Below are positions 8,722 to 17,002 of a stretch of DNA of 39,899 nucleotides, one piece after another. Under the pieces are notes generated by a model, which had not been told where the DNA came from, made no database searches, and saw nothing but the letters and a program-made list of their open reading frames with translations. Position numbers and translations under genes: made by a program. The DNA comes from an uncultured Gemmatimonadales bacterium (lineage in GTDB: Bacteria > Gemmatimonadota > Gemmatimonadetes > Gemmatimonadales > GWC2-71-9). Where the stretch lies: positions 1-39,899 of the forward strand of contig CAWGED010000009.1 in assembly GCA_963821525.1 (NCBI GenBank), read 5' to 3'. The number at the start of each line of letters is the position of its first letter. Position 1 is the stretch's first letter.

Positions 8722-9864
8722 ATGCGCATCGCCTACGCGTACGACGAGCCGTTGCCCCATACCGGTGCGGACGCCGAGCAGGTGGTCAACACCGTGGCCG
8801 CCCTCGGCCGAAATGGCGTTTCGGTCCAGCTGCTGATTCCCAGCGTCTCGAACGACGCGCCCCAACCCGCGGCACTGCGGGAGTATTTCCAGGTAGAGGG
8901 TCCCTTCGAGGTCGGACTGATCCCCAAGTCTCCCCTTGGCGGCCGCTTCTTCGAGAAATGGACCCACGCGTTCCGCGTAGCGGGCGACGACCGCACTCGA
9001 GCAGCCGACCTCGCGTACACGCGGAACCTGCCCAGCGTCGTAACGCTGCTGCGCCACGGGCATCGAGTGGTGTACGAGCACTTTCGCCCCTGGGGAGATC
9101 AATATTCCACACTCCGCCCCGTGCTGCGCTGGATCGTCCACCATCCAAAGCTGGTGGGCGCAGTCTTTCACTCCGATCATACTCGACAGAGCTACATCAA
9201 CCTGGGCGCGCCGCCCGAACGATTGATGGTGGCGCACAATGGGTGGGATCCGGGACGGATGGAGCCGCGACTCTCTCGTCAGGCGGCACGAGTGCAGCTC
9301 GGGCTTCCAACGGAAAAACCGGTCGCAGTGTACACTGGCCGGGTCAACCGCAAGAAGGGGCTCGAAATCCTGCTCGGCGCGGCCCGCAGGATGGAAGACA
9401 TGACTCTGGTGCTGGTCGGGTCCGAGGGAGAAGGGAGCATCGAGTCCGAGGCCAGGGAGCTCTCCAACGTGCGAGTGGTTCCCTGGCAGAAATTCAGCGA
9501 GCTGGCCCCGTATCTCTACGCGGCCGACGTGCTGATCATTCCGCCGAGTCTCGAACCGCTCCAGCGTCACGGCAATACCGTCCTCCCGATCAAGCTGTTT
9601 CTCTATCTCGCGGCGGGCCGAGTGGTGCTGGCGCCCGAGGCACCGGACACGGCCGAGCTTCTTAAGGACGGGGTCAACGCCGCCCTGGTCCCGCCCGGAG
9701 ATCTCGAGGCTTTGCTCACGACCTTGCGCCGGATAACCAGTGACCCGGCCCTGGCCGACCGGCTCAGCGCCGGCGCCATGGAGACCGCCCGGGAGCTGAC
9801 CTGGGACAGCCGCGCCCTCCGAATTCGCGACTTTATTACTGCCCGCCTCGCCGTTACGCCCTAA
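8722..9864 (+). CDS. Glycosyltransferase family 4
   Basis: Starts MRIAYAYDE. Motifs YTGRVNRKKG, YLYAADVLIIP, PIKLFLYLAAG and LTWDSRA. Divergent from the upstream operon with a 56-bp gap. Confidence 0.88.
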   Translation: MRIAYAYDEPLPHTGADAEQVVNTVAALGRNGVSVQLLIPSVSNDAPQPAALREYFQVEGPFEVGLIPKSPLGGRFFEKWTHAFRVAGDDRTRAADLAYTRNLPSVVTLLRHGHRVVYEHFRPWGDQYSTLRPVLRWIVHHPKLVGAVFHSDHTRQSYINLGAPPERLMVAHNGWDPGRMEPRLSRQAARVQLGLPTEKPVAVYTGRVNRKKGLEILLGAARRMEDMTLVLVGSEGEGSIESEARELSNVRVVPWQKFSELAPYLYAADVLIIPPSLEPLQRHGNTVLPIKLFLYLAAGRVVLAPEAPDTAELLKDGVNAALVPPGDLEALLTTLRRITSDPALADRLSAGAMETARELTWDSRALRIRDFITARLAVTP

Positions 9865-10035
9865 GCCCCTCTAGGGGCCTGCTTCCTGCCACATAAGCCA
9901 TTCCCGACTAGGAAGTTGGGTTTATCTGACACGGTGGAGACGCAGCAGGTGCGTCTCTAAGCTATTGCTGGTAAACGAGATAGGCGATCAGTGGTGAGGT
10001 TGGTGCCGCTGATCGTCATCCCAATTGAGATCGTG

Positions 10036-11211
10036 ATGAAATCACACATCGCCATCCGCCACGGCGCCAAGGTGTCAGTCGAATCAGGGCAGCTCAAACT
10101 GTTCTGCCCTGGTCCCGTTCTCACCAGCCCGCGGGTTCGGCATGCGATGTCTCGCGCCGACATCGCGCATCGCGACGATCTCTTCGTGGAGCTGCTCGAT
10201 CGGGTACGCGCCCGGCTGAAGGGCGTCGCGTCCGCACCGGAGCATGAAGCCCTGGTGCTGGGCGGCGGTGGCACCGCCGCGACCGAGGCGGCCTTCGCGA
10301 CCTTCATCGCGCCGGAAGAGCGGCTGCTCGTGGTTTCCAACGGCGCCTTCGGCGAGCGGATGGCGGAGATCGCGGTGGCACTGGGAATTCCGGTGAGCCA
10401 CCTGCGCTATGAGTGGGGCGACCGGGTTGTGCTCGAGCAGATCACCGGCATGCTCGAGGGCGACTCGCGGATTCGCGCGGTCGCCATGGTGCATCACGAG
10501 ACTTCAGTCGGGCGGCTCAATCCGGTGGTCGAGGTGGGCCGCCTTCTTGCGCCGCGCCGCATTCGCTTCATGGTGGACGTGGTCTCGAGCCTCGGCGCCG
10601 AAGAGTTCGACACGGTGCGGTCCCGCGCCAGCGTCGTGATCGGCAGCGCCAACAAGTGTCTGCACAGTGTGGCGGGACTCGGGTTCGTGCTGGTGAAGCA
10701 CGATCTCTGGGAAGACACCGAGCACGTGCGGCCCCGCTCGATGTACCTCGACCTGCGGCGCTATCGCGCGGCGGCGAAGGAGAGCGGGCAGACGCCGTTC
10801 ACTCCTCCGGTCTCCGCGATCGCGGCGCTCGATGAAGCGCTCAGCGAGCTGGAAGATCAGGGTGGAACATCGGCCCGCCGGGCGAGCTACCAGGCGCTGC
10901 ACCAGCAGATCCGCGAAGGGCTCAAGGCGCTCGGCTTCAAGCTCCGGTTCGAAACGCCGGGCAACGCCTGCTCGCTGACGGTGGCGTCGTTGCCGCCGGG
11001 TATGACGTTCGACGTGTTCTACGCCGGCATGCGGGACCGCGGCTTCCTGGTCTACCGTGGCAAGGGTCCGATCAGCCACGACACATTCCTCGTCGCCAAC
11101 ATGGGTCACCTGGATTCGGCCATGGTTGACGACTTCCTCGAAGCGGCGGCCGAGGTGTCGGGCCTCGCTCCGCGCGAGACCCCGCTCCGGGCCAGACAGC
11201 TTCCAGCTTGA
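10036..11211 (+). CDS. PLP-dependent class V aminotransferase, 2-aminoethylphosphonate transaminase (PhnW/AEPT)-like
   Basis: Motifs LFCPGPV, NGAFGERM, VHHETSVGRLNP, DVVSSLG, SANKCLH (PLP lysine), SMYLDL and QTPFTPP. Start could be 10036 or slightly downstream. Confidence 0.82.
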   Translation: MKSHIAIRHGAKVSVESGQLKLFCPGPVLTSPRVRHAMSRADIAHRDDLFVELLDRVRARLKGVASAPEHEALVLGGGGTAATEAAFATFIAPEERLLVVSNGAFGERMAEIAVALGIPVSHLRYEWGDRVVLEQITGMLEGDSRIRAVAMVHHETSVGRLNPVVEVGRLLAPRRIRFMVDVVSSLGAEEFDTVRSRASVVIGSANKCLHSVAGLGFVLVKHDLWEDTEHVRPRSMYLDLRRYRAAAKESGQTPFTPPVSAIAALDEALSELEDQGGTSARRASYQALHQQIREGLKALGFKLRFETPGNACSLTVASLPPGMTFDVFYAGMRDRGFLVYRGKGPISHDTFLVANMGHLDSAMVDDFLEAAAEVSGLAPRETPLRARQLPA

Positions 11212-11943
11212 ATGCGGCGGCAGGCCGTTGTCCTCGTGGCGGGGAGCGGCCTGCGCCTTCGTCCCCTCACCGACAGTTCTCCCAAGTGCCTGCTCGAAGT
11301 GGGCGGCCGGACAATTCTTGAGCGGCTGCTGGAGCGCCTTGCCGAGGCCGGCATCACCCGCGGCGTCCTGGTGACCGGCTATCTCGCCCACCGCATCGAA
11401 GAGCATCTCGCGCAGCACGCACCACCATTCGAAGTCTCCCTCGCACCCAATCCGGATTACGCGACCACGAACAACGTGGTAAGTCTGCTTGCCGCGCGGT
11501 CTCACCTGGGACCCGGGTCGCTCGTCATCTGCGATGGGGACGTGGTGCTTTCGGGCGACGCGATCGGTCGTCTCATGGACGAATCGGAGGCCTGTGCCCT
11601 GCTGGTGGATCAGGAGGCGCAACTCGCCGACGAGGAGATGAAGGTCATACTCGATTCTCGCGGACGGGTGACACGGCTCTCGAAGACAATCGATCCCAAG
11701 GTCGCGGCCGGAGAATCCATCGGCATTCAGAAAATCGGCGGCGCCGCTCTCGGGCGGCTCTGGCCCACGCTGGATGATCTGGTACGCTCGGGCCGGACCG
11801 ACGTGTTCTATGAAGAGGGCTTTCAGCGGATGATCGACGGCGGTACCTCATTCAGCGCCGTTCCGGTGAGCAGCGCCGAATGGACCGAGATCGACAGCCA
11901 CGAAGACTTCGAAGACGCCTGCGCCCGCTTCGCCGGCCGCTGA
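11212..11943 (+). CDS. Phosphocholine/phosphonate cytidylyltransferase family (LicC/PntC-like NTP transferase)
   Basis: Motifs LVAGSGLRLRPLT..PKCLL, NPDYATTNN..SL, DGDV, EEMKV, GESIGI, FYEE and WTEID. Confidence 0.85.
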   Translation: MRRQAVVLVAGSGLRLRPLTDSSPKCLLEVGGRTILERLLERLAEAGITRGVLVTGYLAHRIEEHLAQHAPPFEVSLAPNPDYATTNNVVSLLAARSHLGPGSLVICDGDVVLSGDAIGRLMDESEACALLVDQEAQLADEEMKVILDSRGRVTRLSKTIDPKVAAGESIGIQKIGGAALGRLWPTLDDLVRSGRTDVFYEEGFQRMIDGGTSFSAVPVSSAEWTEIDSHEDFEDACARFAGR

Positions 11944-11963
11944 CCGGGAAAGAGAAGGGCGAA

Positions 11964-12797
11964 GTGAGCAAACCGGTCGAAGTCGAGGAGCTGGTCGACC
12001 TGCGTATCCATCGTCCGCTCGCGGCACGACTTATCCCGCTGCTGGTCCGCACCCCGATCACTCCCAATCAGGTCACCCTTCTCAGCGGCTTCACCGGCAT
12101 TCTGGCCGGCGTCTGCCTGGCCCTTGGTGCGACGCGGCCTGTCATGTGCCTGGTCAGCGGAGCGCTGCTCTTTCTCTCCGTGGTTCTCGATTGCTGTGAC
12201 GGGCAACTGGCGCGGGCGAAGGGTATCTCCTCGACCACCGGGGCCATCCTCGACGGCATCGCGGATTATCTGGTGGGAATCGCGCTCGCGATCGGCGCGT
12301 CCTACTTCATGGTGATGTACTACCACAGCCTTTGGTTTGCCCTGCTGGGACTGGCGGGCGCGGCGAGCTCCGCGCTGCAATCGGCATTGTTCGACCATGC
12401 CAAGACCCGTTACATCGCGCTGGTCGGCGGCGGGTACCTGGAGCGTGAGGAGGATGTGGCCGAAGTGGTCCGAAACCGGGAAGCGGCGCGCGCCGCCGGT
12501 CGCTGGGGCGACGTGTTCCTCTTCTCGGTCTACGAACGGTATTCCAGGGTTCAGCATGCGGCACTGCGCATCGACCCGGTGAACGACCCCGTTGCCTACC
12601 GCAGCCAGAACGCCGGCCGCATGCGGGCCTGGACCTGGCTCGGCATCGGAACCCATTTCGCCCTCGCCTATCTGTTTCTGGCACTCACGGCGGTCTGGCC
12701 GGATGCCACCGCCGTCTACATGGCGTTCTGCGCGACGGCGCTCAACGTGTACCTCGCCGCCCTGGTTGTCATCGAGCCGCGCAGGGTCGGCGAGTGA
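11964..12797 (+). CDS. CDP-alcohol phosphatidyltransferase family protein
   Basis: ITPNQVT plus the signature DCCDGQLARAKGISSTTGAILDGIAD, with multiple TM helices. GTG start at 11964. Confidence 0.88.
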   Translation: MSKPVEVEELVDLRIHRPLAARLIPLLVRTPITPNQVTLLSGFTGILAGVCLALGATRPVMCLVSGALLFLSVVLDCCDGQLARAKGISSTTGAILDGIADYLVGIALAIGASYFMVMYYHSLWFALLGLAGAASSALQSALFDHAKTRYIALVGGGYLEREEDVAEVVRNREAARAAGRWGDVFLFSVYERYSRVQHAALRIDPVNDPVAYRSQNAGRMRAWTWLGIGTHFALAYLFLALTAVWPDATAVYMAFCATALNVYLAALVVIEPRRVGE

Positions 12798-13930
12798 TTC
12801 GTCATGCCAGGCTGATCGGTCCGCCTGCGGGCGACCCCGAAGCCGTGGTCGCCGGACTTCCGGTGCTGTTGCGACAGCTGCTCTCGCTGCAGGACGCCGG
12901 CATTACGGAGGTGGAAGTGGCTGGTGAAGTGCGGGCTGGGCATGCCACGGATTCGAGACTCACGTTGAGTGTCACGTCCGCCGGTCCGCCGGTCCGCCCC
13001 CTCGCGTCGCTCGGGGCAAGCTCGTCCGCCGGTCCGCCGGAGCTGACCGCGCATGTCGGCCTCGTCTGGCATCCCGCGATCCCCAAGCGACTCGCCCAAG
13101 GAAGCCAAAGCACCAATATCGAAGCGGCGCCGCTCGAACCGGGTGAGTTCATCGTGACGACCGAGACGGCCGCCACTCGAGACCAGGCCGAGCGCTTGTT
13201 GCTCAAGACGCTGTTCAAGCCGACTGACGGAATCGTCTCCCGCAAACTCAACCGGCACATCTCCCTGCAGGTGACCCGGGCGCTCCTCAAGTGGCCGGTT
13301 ACCCCCAACCAGATGACGGTCGTCGCGGCGCTGTTCGGTCTCGCCGCGATCGTAGTTGTGGTGATACGAGGCACGTCCGGACTGATCCCGGGCGCACTGC
13401 TGCTCCTGGTCCAGTCGATACTCGACGGCTGCGATGGGGAAATCAGTCGCCTCAAGTATCTGCGATCCCGGCTGGGCGAATGGCTGGACCAGCTGTTCGA
13501 TGATGTCGTCAACGTGGGCTACTTCGCCGCAGTGGGGTACACGCTCTACCGAGCGGGGTCGGTTCCCGCGGGCTGGATCACGCTGGTCGGAGTGATCTCA
13601 CACCTGATTTATCAAGCCGCGCTGTATGCAGCTCTGCTCACCCGAGGCGGAGGAAGCGGCAGCGTCACCTCGATTCGCTGGTGGGGACAGAAGGCAGCCC
13701 CGACCAGTCAGCCTGCTGCCGGCAAGCGGGGCGTGAAGCGATTACTTGATGATCTGATCGAGATGGGTGCCCGGCGCGACTTCTTCACCTTCCTCTACCT
13801 GCCCTGCGCGCTACTGCACCTGGACCTGATCGCGGTGATCTGGTCGGCGGTGATTTTCCTGGTATCGGGAGCGATGACGGGAGCGCAGTGGGTGGTTGCG
13901 GGGGGACCGGAGAAGGCGGGAGGGCGGTAG
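12794..13930 (+). CDS. CDP-alcohol phosphotransferase, DIPP-synthase-like, with a vestigial N-terminal NTP-transferase segment
   Basis: Motifs KPTDGIVSRKLNRHIS, VTPNQMT and DGCDGEISRLKYLRSRLGEWLDQLFD. The N-terminal VAGLPVLLRQLLSLQDAGITEV lacks the GxGxR motif. Confidence 0.85.
   Translation: MIRHARLIGPPAGDPEAVVAGLPVLLRQLLSLQDAGITEVEVAGEVRAGHATDSRLTLSVTSAGPPVRPLASLGASSSAGPPELTAHVGLVWHPAIPKRLAQGSQSTNIEAAPLEPGEFIVTTETAATRDQAERLLLKTLFKPTDGIVSRKLNRHISLQVTRALLKWPVTPNQMTVVAALFGLAAIVVVVIRGTSGLIPGALLLLVQSILDGCDGEISRLKYLRSRLGEWLDQLFDDVVNVGYFAAVGYTLYRAGSVPAGWITLVGVISHLIYQAALYAALLTRGGGSGSVTSIRWWGQKAAPTSQPAAGKRGVKRLLDDLIEMGARRDFFTFLYLPCALLHLDLIAVIWSAVIFLVSGAMTGAQWVVAGGPEKAGGR
12975..13040 (+). repeat. 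In-frame 18-bp direct repeats (GTCCGCCG units) flanking a REP-like hairpin inside a CDS
   Basis: cgtccgccggtccgccgg occurs at 12975-12992 and 13023-13040 (offset 48 nt), around ccctcgcgtcgctcggggcaagct. Confidence 0.75.
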
Positions 13931-13940
13931 AAGCGGGAGC

Positions 13941-13972
13941 GGGAGATGGGAGATGGGAGATGGGAGATGGGA
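13941..13972 (+). repeat. Tandem 7-mer array (GGGAGAT)4
   Basis: Four perfect units plus GGGA, just after the stop at 13930. Partly complementary CTTCTCA/TTCCCGCC units lie at 14094-14141. Confidence 0.9.
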
Positions 13973-13983
13973 ACCAGGAGCGT

Positions 13984-14078
13984 TGTCATTCCGAGGGAGC
14001 GAAGCGACCGAGGAATCCCGGTGCCGACATTTCGTCAATCGATTGGCATTGGGATTCCTCGCTTCGCTCGGAATGACA
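13984..14078. repeat. REP-like palindromic element (TGTCATTCCGAG...GAGGAATCCC / GGGATTCCTCGCTTCGCTCGGAATGACA) between convergent genes
   Basis: Long imperfect inverted repeat with perfect 12-bp termini TGTCATTCCGAG / CTCGGAATGACA. It could also act as a bidirectional terminator. Confidence 0.85.
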
Positions 14079-14142
14079 GGCTTCGTGCTTGTCCTTCTTA
14101 CTTCTCACTTCTCACGCTTTTTCTTTTCCCGCCTTCCCGCCA

Positions 14143-14895
14143 TCAGGTCGCCGCAATCTTCTGCCGCCGACCGGCTGACGCGAGCAGCACCTCGGCCTTG
14201 GAGTAATCCTCGGGCGTATCAACATCGGTCCAGCGAACACCAGTCAGTGACACGGCCGCCAGCTGGTTAGCCGCGATCAACTTCCGCATGCCGAGGGTGA
14301 CTGAGGGCGGCTCCACCTGGGCGACTTCCTTCAGGGCGCCGAAGACTCGGGGATCGAGCAGGAAGTACCCGGTGTCGACCGCATCGTACTCCCAGACATC
14401 CTTCCCGATCGCAGTGATCCGCCCGTGCTGCACTTTCACCTTGGTGGCGTCGTCTTCGTCGATGCCTACGGGCCTGAAGTCCACCAGCAACCGCTGATAA
14501 CCCGCCGGAGCGGATAGACGGTCAGCCAGAATCGGAAGCACCGGTTCGGCGAAAAGATGATCGGCCATCTGCAGGAAGAACGGCCCGTCAATCAACGGCT
14601 CCGCCGTCATGAGAGAAACACCGTTCGGTTCCTGATAGCGTTCGTTGTGCACCAGTTTGATCGGCAGCGCAGTCCTGACGCTCGCGAGGTGTTCGCGAAT
14701 CATCTCGGCGGCATTGCCGGTAACTACGATGGCCTCATCACAACCGGCAGCGGCAGCCTGCCCCAGGGCGTGATCAAGCAGAGTCTTCCCCGCGACTCGA
14801 ACCAGCGGCTTCGGCAAATCTCCCCGGGTGGCGCTCAACCGTGAGCCGAACCCCGCGGCGAGAATGACCGTCTGACGAACAGACAATTGCGGCAT
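14143..14895 (-). CDS. NTP transferase, inositol-1-phosphate cytidylyltransferase (IPCT)-like
   Basis: Motifs ILAAGFGSRL, PKPLVRVAG, NGVSL, MADH, DDATKV, IGK..YDAVDTGYF and WTDVDTPED. Start chosen at MPQLSV. Confidence 0.82.
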   Translation of the reverse strand: MPQLSVRQTVILAAGFGSRLSATRGDLPKPLVRVAGKTLLDHALGQAAAAGCDEAIVVTGNAAEMIREHLASVRTALPIKLVHNERYQEPNGVSLMTAEPLIDGPFFLQMADHLFAEPVLPILADRLSAPAGYQRLLVDFRPVGIDEDDATKVKVQHGRITAIGKDVWEYDAVDTGYFLLDPRVFGALKEVAQVEPPSVTLGMRKLIAANQLAAVSLTGVRWTDVDTPEDYSKAEVLLASAGRRQKIAAT

Positions 14896-15134
14896 AGTAG
14901 GAATCTGAGGGGCAACGATCAGGCCGCGGCAGGTACTGGGAGTCACAGTCGCAAGCTCCAGCAGGGTAAGCAGTTAGTAACACCCCCTGAGCCAGCCCAG
15001 CGGCTCCGGGTCAGACTTACCCGTGTCCGACGCACACGAGACTTCTGTAATCTGTTCCTGGCGATTGTCCCCTCTGCCCGACCCCACCACATTCCGGCCC
15101 AGTTTGACTCTGACGCTCGAGGTATTGGAGCCTG

Positions 15135-16052
15135 ATGCTGCTCGCTCTCTCGCTGTTGGTCGCGCTGGACAGTGCCGTGGTGCGTACCGTGACGACCGCT
15201 CCCGCGGAGTCGCTCCGCGTCACCATTACAGGCACGGGAACGCCGGTGGTGATTATCCCGGGCCTCTCCGGTCGCGCCTTTGCCTTCCGCAAGGTGATAC
15301 CGCCGCTGGCCGAGAACGGACTGCAGCTCATAGTGATTGAGCCACTCGGGACCGGCAATTCCTCGCGCCCGGGCAAGGCGAATTACTCGCTCACCTCACA
15401 GGCAGACCGCATCGCGGCGGTGATGGACAGCCTCCATCTTCCGCCCTCGCTGATCGTCGCACACTCGGTCTCGGCCTCGATGGCGTTGCGAATGGCGGTG
15501 CGCCGGCCGGATCGGGTGGCTCAGATCCTCATGATAGATGGCGGGCCGGACGAGAAACTGGCTACGGCCGGGGTGAAAAAGGCGGTGAAGTTTGGTTTCC
15601 TGCTCAAGATCTTCGCGGGACGGGGCAAGATTCGGAGTGAGGTACGGAAGGGCCTGGTCTCGTCCTCGACGGACACCACGTGGATCACCACTGAGGTGAT
15701 CGATGGCTACACCGAGGGAGCCGCGGGAGACATCGGCGCAGTGTTGAAGGTGCTCAAGGGGATGGTCAACGCAGTCGAGCCCGACTCGATCACCAATCAT
15801 CTGGGCGAGATCAGGGTGCCGGTAACGCTCCTGCTCCCAACCGGCCCTCATGATTCCGGGATAAACTCGCACAAGGTCCAGTTGATGCAGGAGCGGATCC
15901 CCCACTTCGCCATCGATAGCGTGCCCAACTGCGGGCTGCATGTCCACGAAGAGCGACCGGATGTAGTCGTGGCCGAGGTCCTGAAGCTGGTGGGAGACGG
16001 GAAACGGGAGACGGGAGATGCCAACAGCAAAAACGTAAGAGGTGAGATGTGA
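15135..16052 (+). CDS. Exported alpha/beta fold hydrolase
   Basis: Signal-like N-terminus, VVIIPGL, AHSVS nucleophile elbow and a C-terminal GLHVHEERP. Confidence 0.8.
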   Translation: MLLALSLLVALDSAVVRTVTTAPAESLRVTITGTGTPVVIIPGLSGRAFAFRKVIPPLAENGLQLIVIEPLGTGNSSRPGKANYSLTSQADRIAAVMDSLHLPPSLIVAHSVSASMALRMAVRRPDRVAQILMIDGGPDEKLATAGVKKAVKFGFLLKIFAGRGKIRSEVRKGLVSSSTDTTWITTEVIDGYTEGAAGDIGAVLKVLKGMVNAVEPDSITNHLGEIRVPVTLLLPTGPHDSGINSHKVQLMQERIPHFAIDSVPNCGLHVHEERPDVVVAEVLKLVGDGKRETGDANSKNVRGEM

Positions 16053-16056
16053 GAAG
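15992..16056 (+). repeat. 7-mer arrays (GGGAGAC)n and (GTGAGA)-type units forming the 3' end of the hydrolase gene
   Basis: gggagac-gggaaac-gggagac-gggagat at 15992-16019 and ggtgagatgtgagaag at 16041-16056. Confidence 0.7.
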
Positions 16057-16060
16057 TGCT

Positions 16061-16188
16061 GATTGCAGATTGATGATTGCAGATTGAAGATTGAACAGCA
16101 GAGCCCCAAGGTTTCTGTGCTGAAAATCTTCAACCCCAAATCAATCTGCAATCTGCAATCTTCAATCTTCAATCTTCAATCTTCAATC
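16061..16188. repeat. Inverted pair of 7-mer arrays (GATTGCA/GATTGAA)5 and (TGCAATC/TTCAATC)7 between convergent genes
   Basis: Left arm 16061-16095, right arm 16141-16188, with a 45-bp spacer. Confidence 0.95.
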
Positions 16189-16975
16189 TCTGCAGCACCT
16201 CCCCCACGCTCCCCAGCACCCTGTCCGGCACCACCCCGCTCTCGCTCAACTGCTCGTCTCGGAATTTTCCGGTGCGCACCAGCCAGCCTTGGTATCCTGC
16301 CTCCTGGGCTCCGCGCACGTCGGACCACACGTCGTCTCCGACCATCGCGATATCGCCCGGCGATGTATCCGGCGGTAGACCCAGACTCTTCGCCGCCGCA
16401 TCATAGAACTGCTTTGTGGGTTTCCCGGTGACTCTCGCGGTGCGGCTTGAGGCGTACTCCAGTGCAGCGACAAAGGGACCCGCATCGAGGACCAGCCGGT
16501 TGCCCTTGAGCCAGTAGCGGTCGCGGGACAAGGCGACCAGCTCCGCCCCGTCGAGCAGAAACCCGAATGCTTCCTGCATCAGCTGGTAGGTCCACAGGTC
16601 GCCGAGATCGCCGATGATGACGGCGCCTGGTCGAGCCTGTGTCCCCGCCCGTCCGCTTGTGCCGGCCACCAGATCGAGTCCGTGAAGGTCCTCCAGCGTC
16701 GCCTCCGGCACATACGGCGCGACGGGATGGTAGCCCTGCTCCTGACACAGCACGACCGCCGCTCGCACCGGAGTGAGGATGTCGTCGGCGGTCACCTCGA
16801 GCCCGTACCCTCTCAGCCTCTCGACCAGCTTGCTCCGTGGTCGCCCGGTGGTGTTGGTGACGAAGCGAAAGGGGATTCCGCGCGACCGCAGAGCGCCGAT
16901 CGCCTCGAGCGCACCGGGTACCGCTCCGGCATCGGTGTACATCGTGCCGTCGAGGTCGAACAAGAAGCCGCGCAT
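16169..16975 (-). CDS. HAD-superfamily subfamily IIA hydrolase (TIGR01458 / LHPP-HDHD2-like)
   Basis: Motifs LFDLDGT, FVTNTT, GKP, MVGDDVWSDVRGA and LVRTGKFR. Confidence 0.9.
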   Translation of the reverse strand: MRGFLFDLDGTMYTDAGAVPGALEAIGALRSRGIPFRFVTNTTGRPRSKLVERLRGYGLEVTADDILTPVRAAVVLCQEQGYHPVAPYVPEATLEDLHGLDLVAGTSGRAGTQARPGAVIIGDLGDLWTYQLMQEAFGFLLDGAELVALSRDRYWLKGNRLVLDAGPFVAALEYASSRTARVTGKPTKQFYDAAAKSLGLPPDTSPGDIAMVGDDVWSDVRGAQEAGYQGWLVRTGKFRDEQLSESGVVPDRVLGSVGEVLQRLKIED

Positions 16976-17002
16976 GGATGTGCGGAAGGTACTACGGAAA
17001 GA

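Noticed and set aside
9865..9878. GCCCCTCTAGGGGC hairpin as a terminator after the GT4 gene
   Set aside because: The stem is short and has no clear U-tract, so it is too weak to call.
10036..11943. Complete phosphonate biosynthetic cluster, or a firm phnW/pntC assignment
   Set aside because: No PEP mutase or phosphonopyruvate decarboxylase is in the window, and substrate cannot be fixed from motifs alone.
16063..16431. 122-aa ORF MQIDDCRLKIE...
   Set aside because: It is a translation of the heptamer arrays and the antisense strand of the HAD gene. ORFs 380-706, 501-740 and 13795-14270 are rejected as similar repeat translations.
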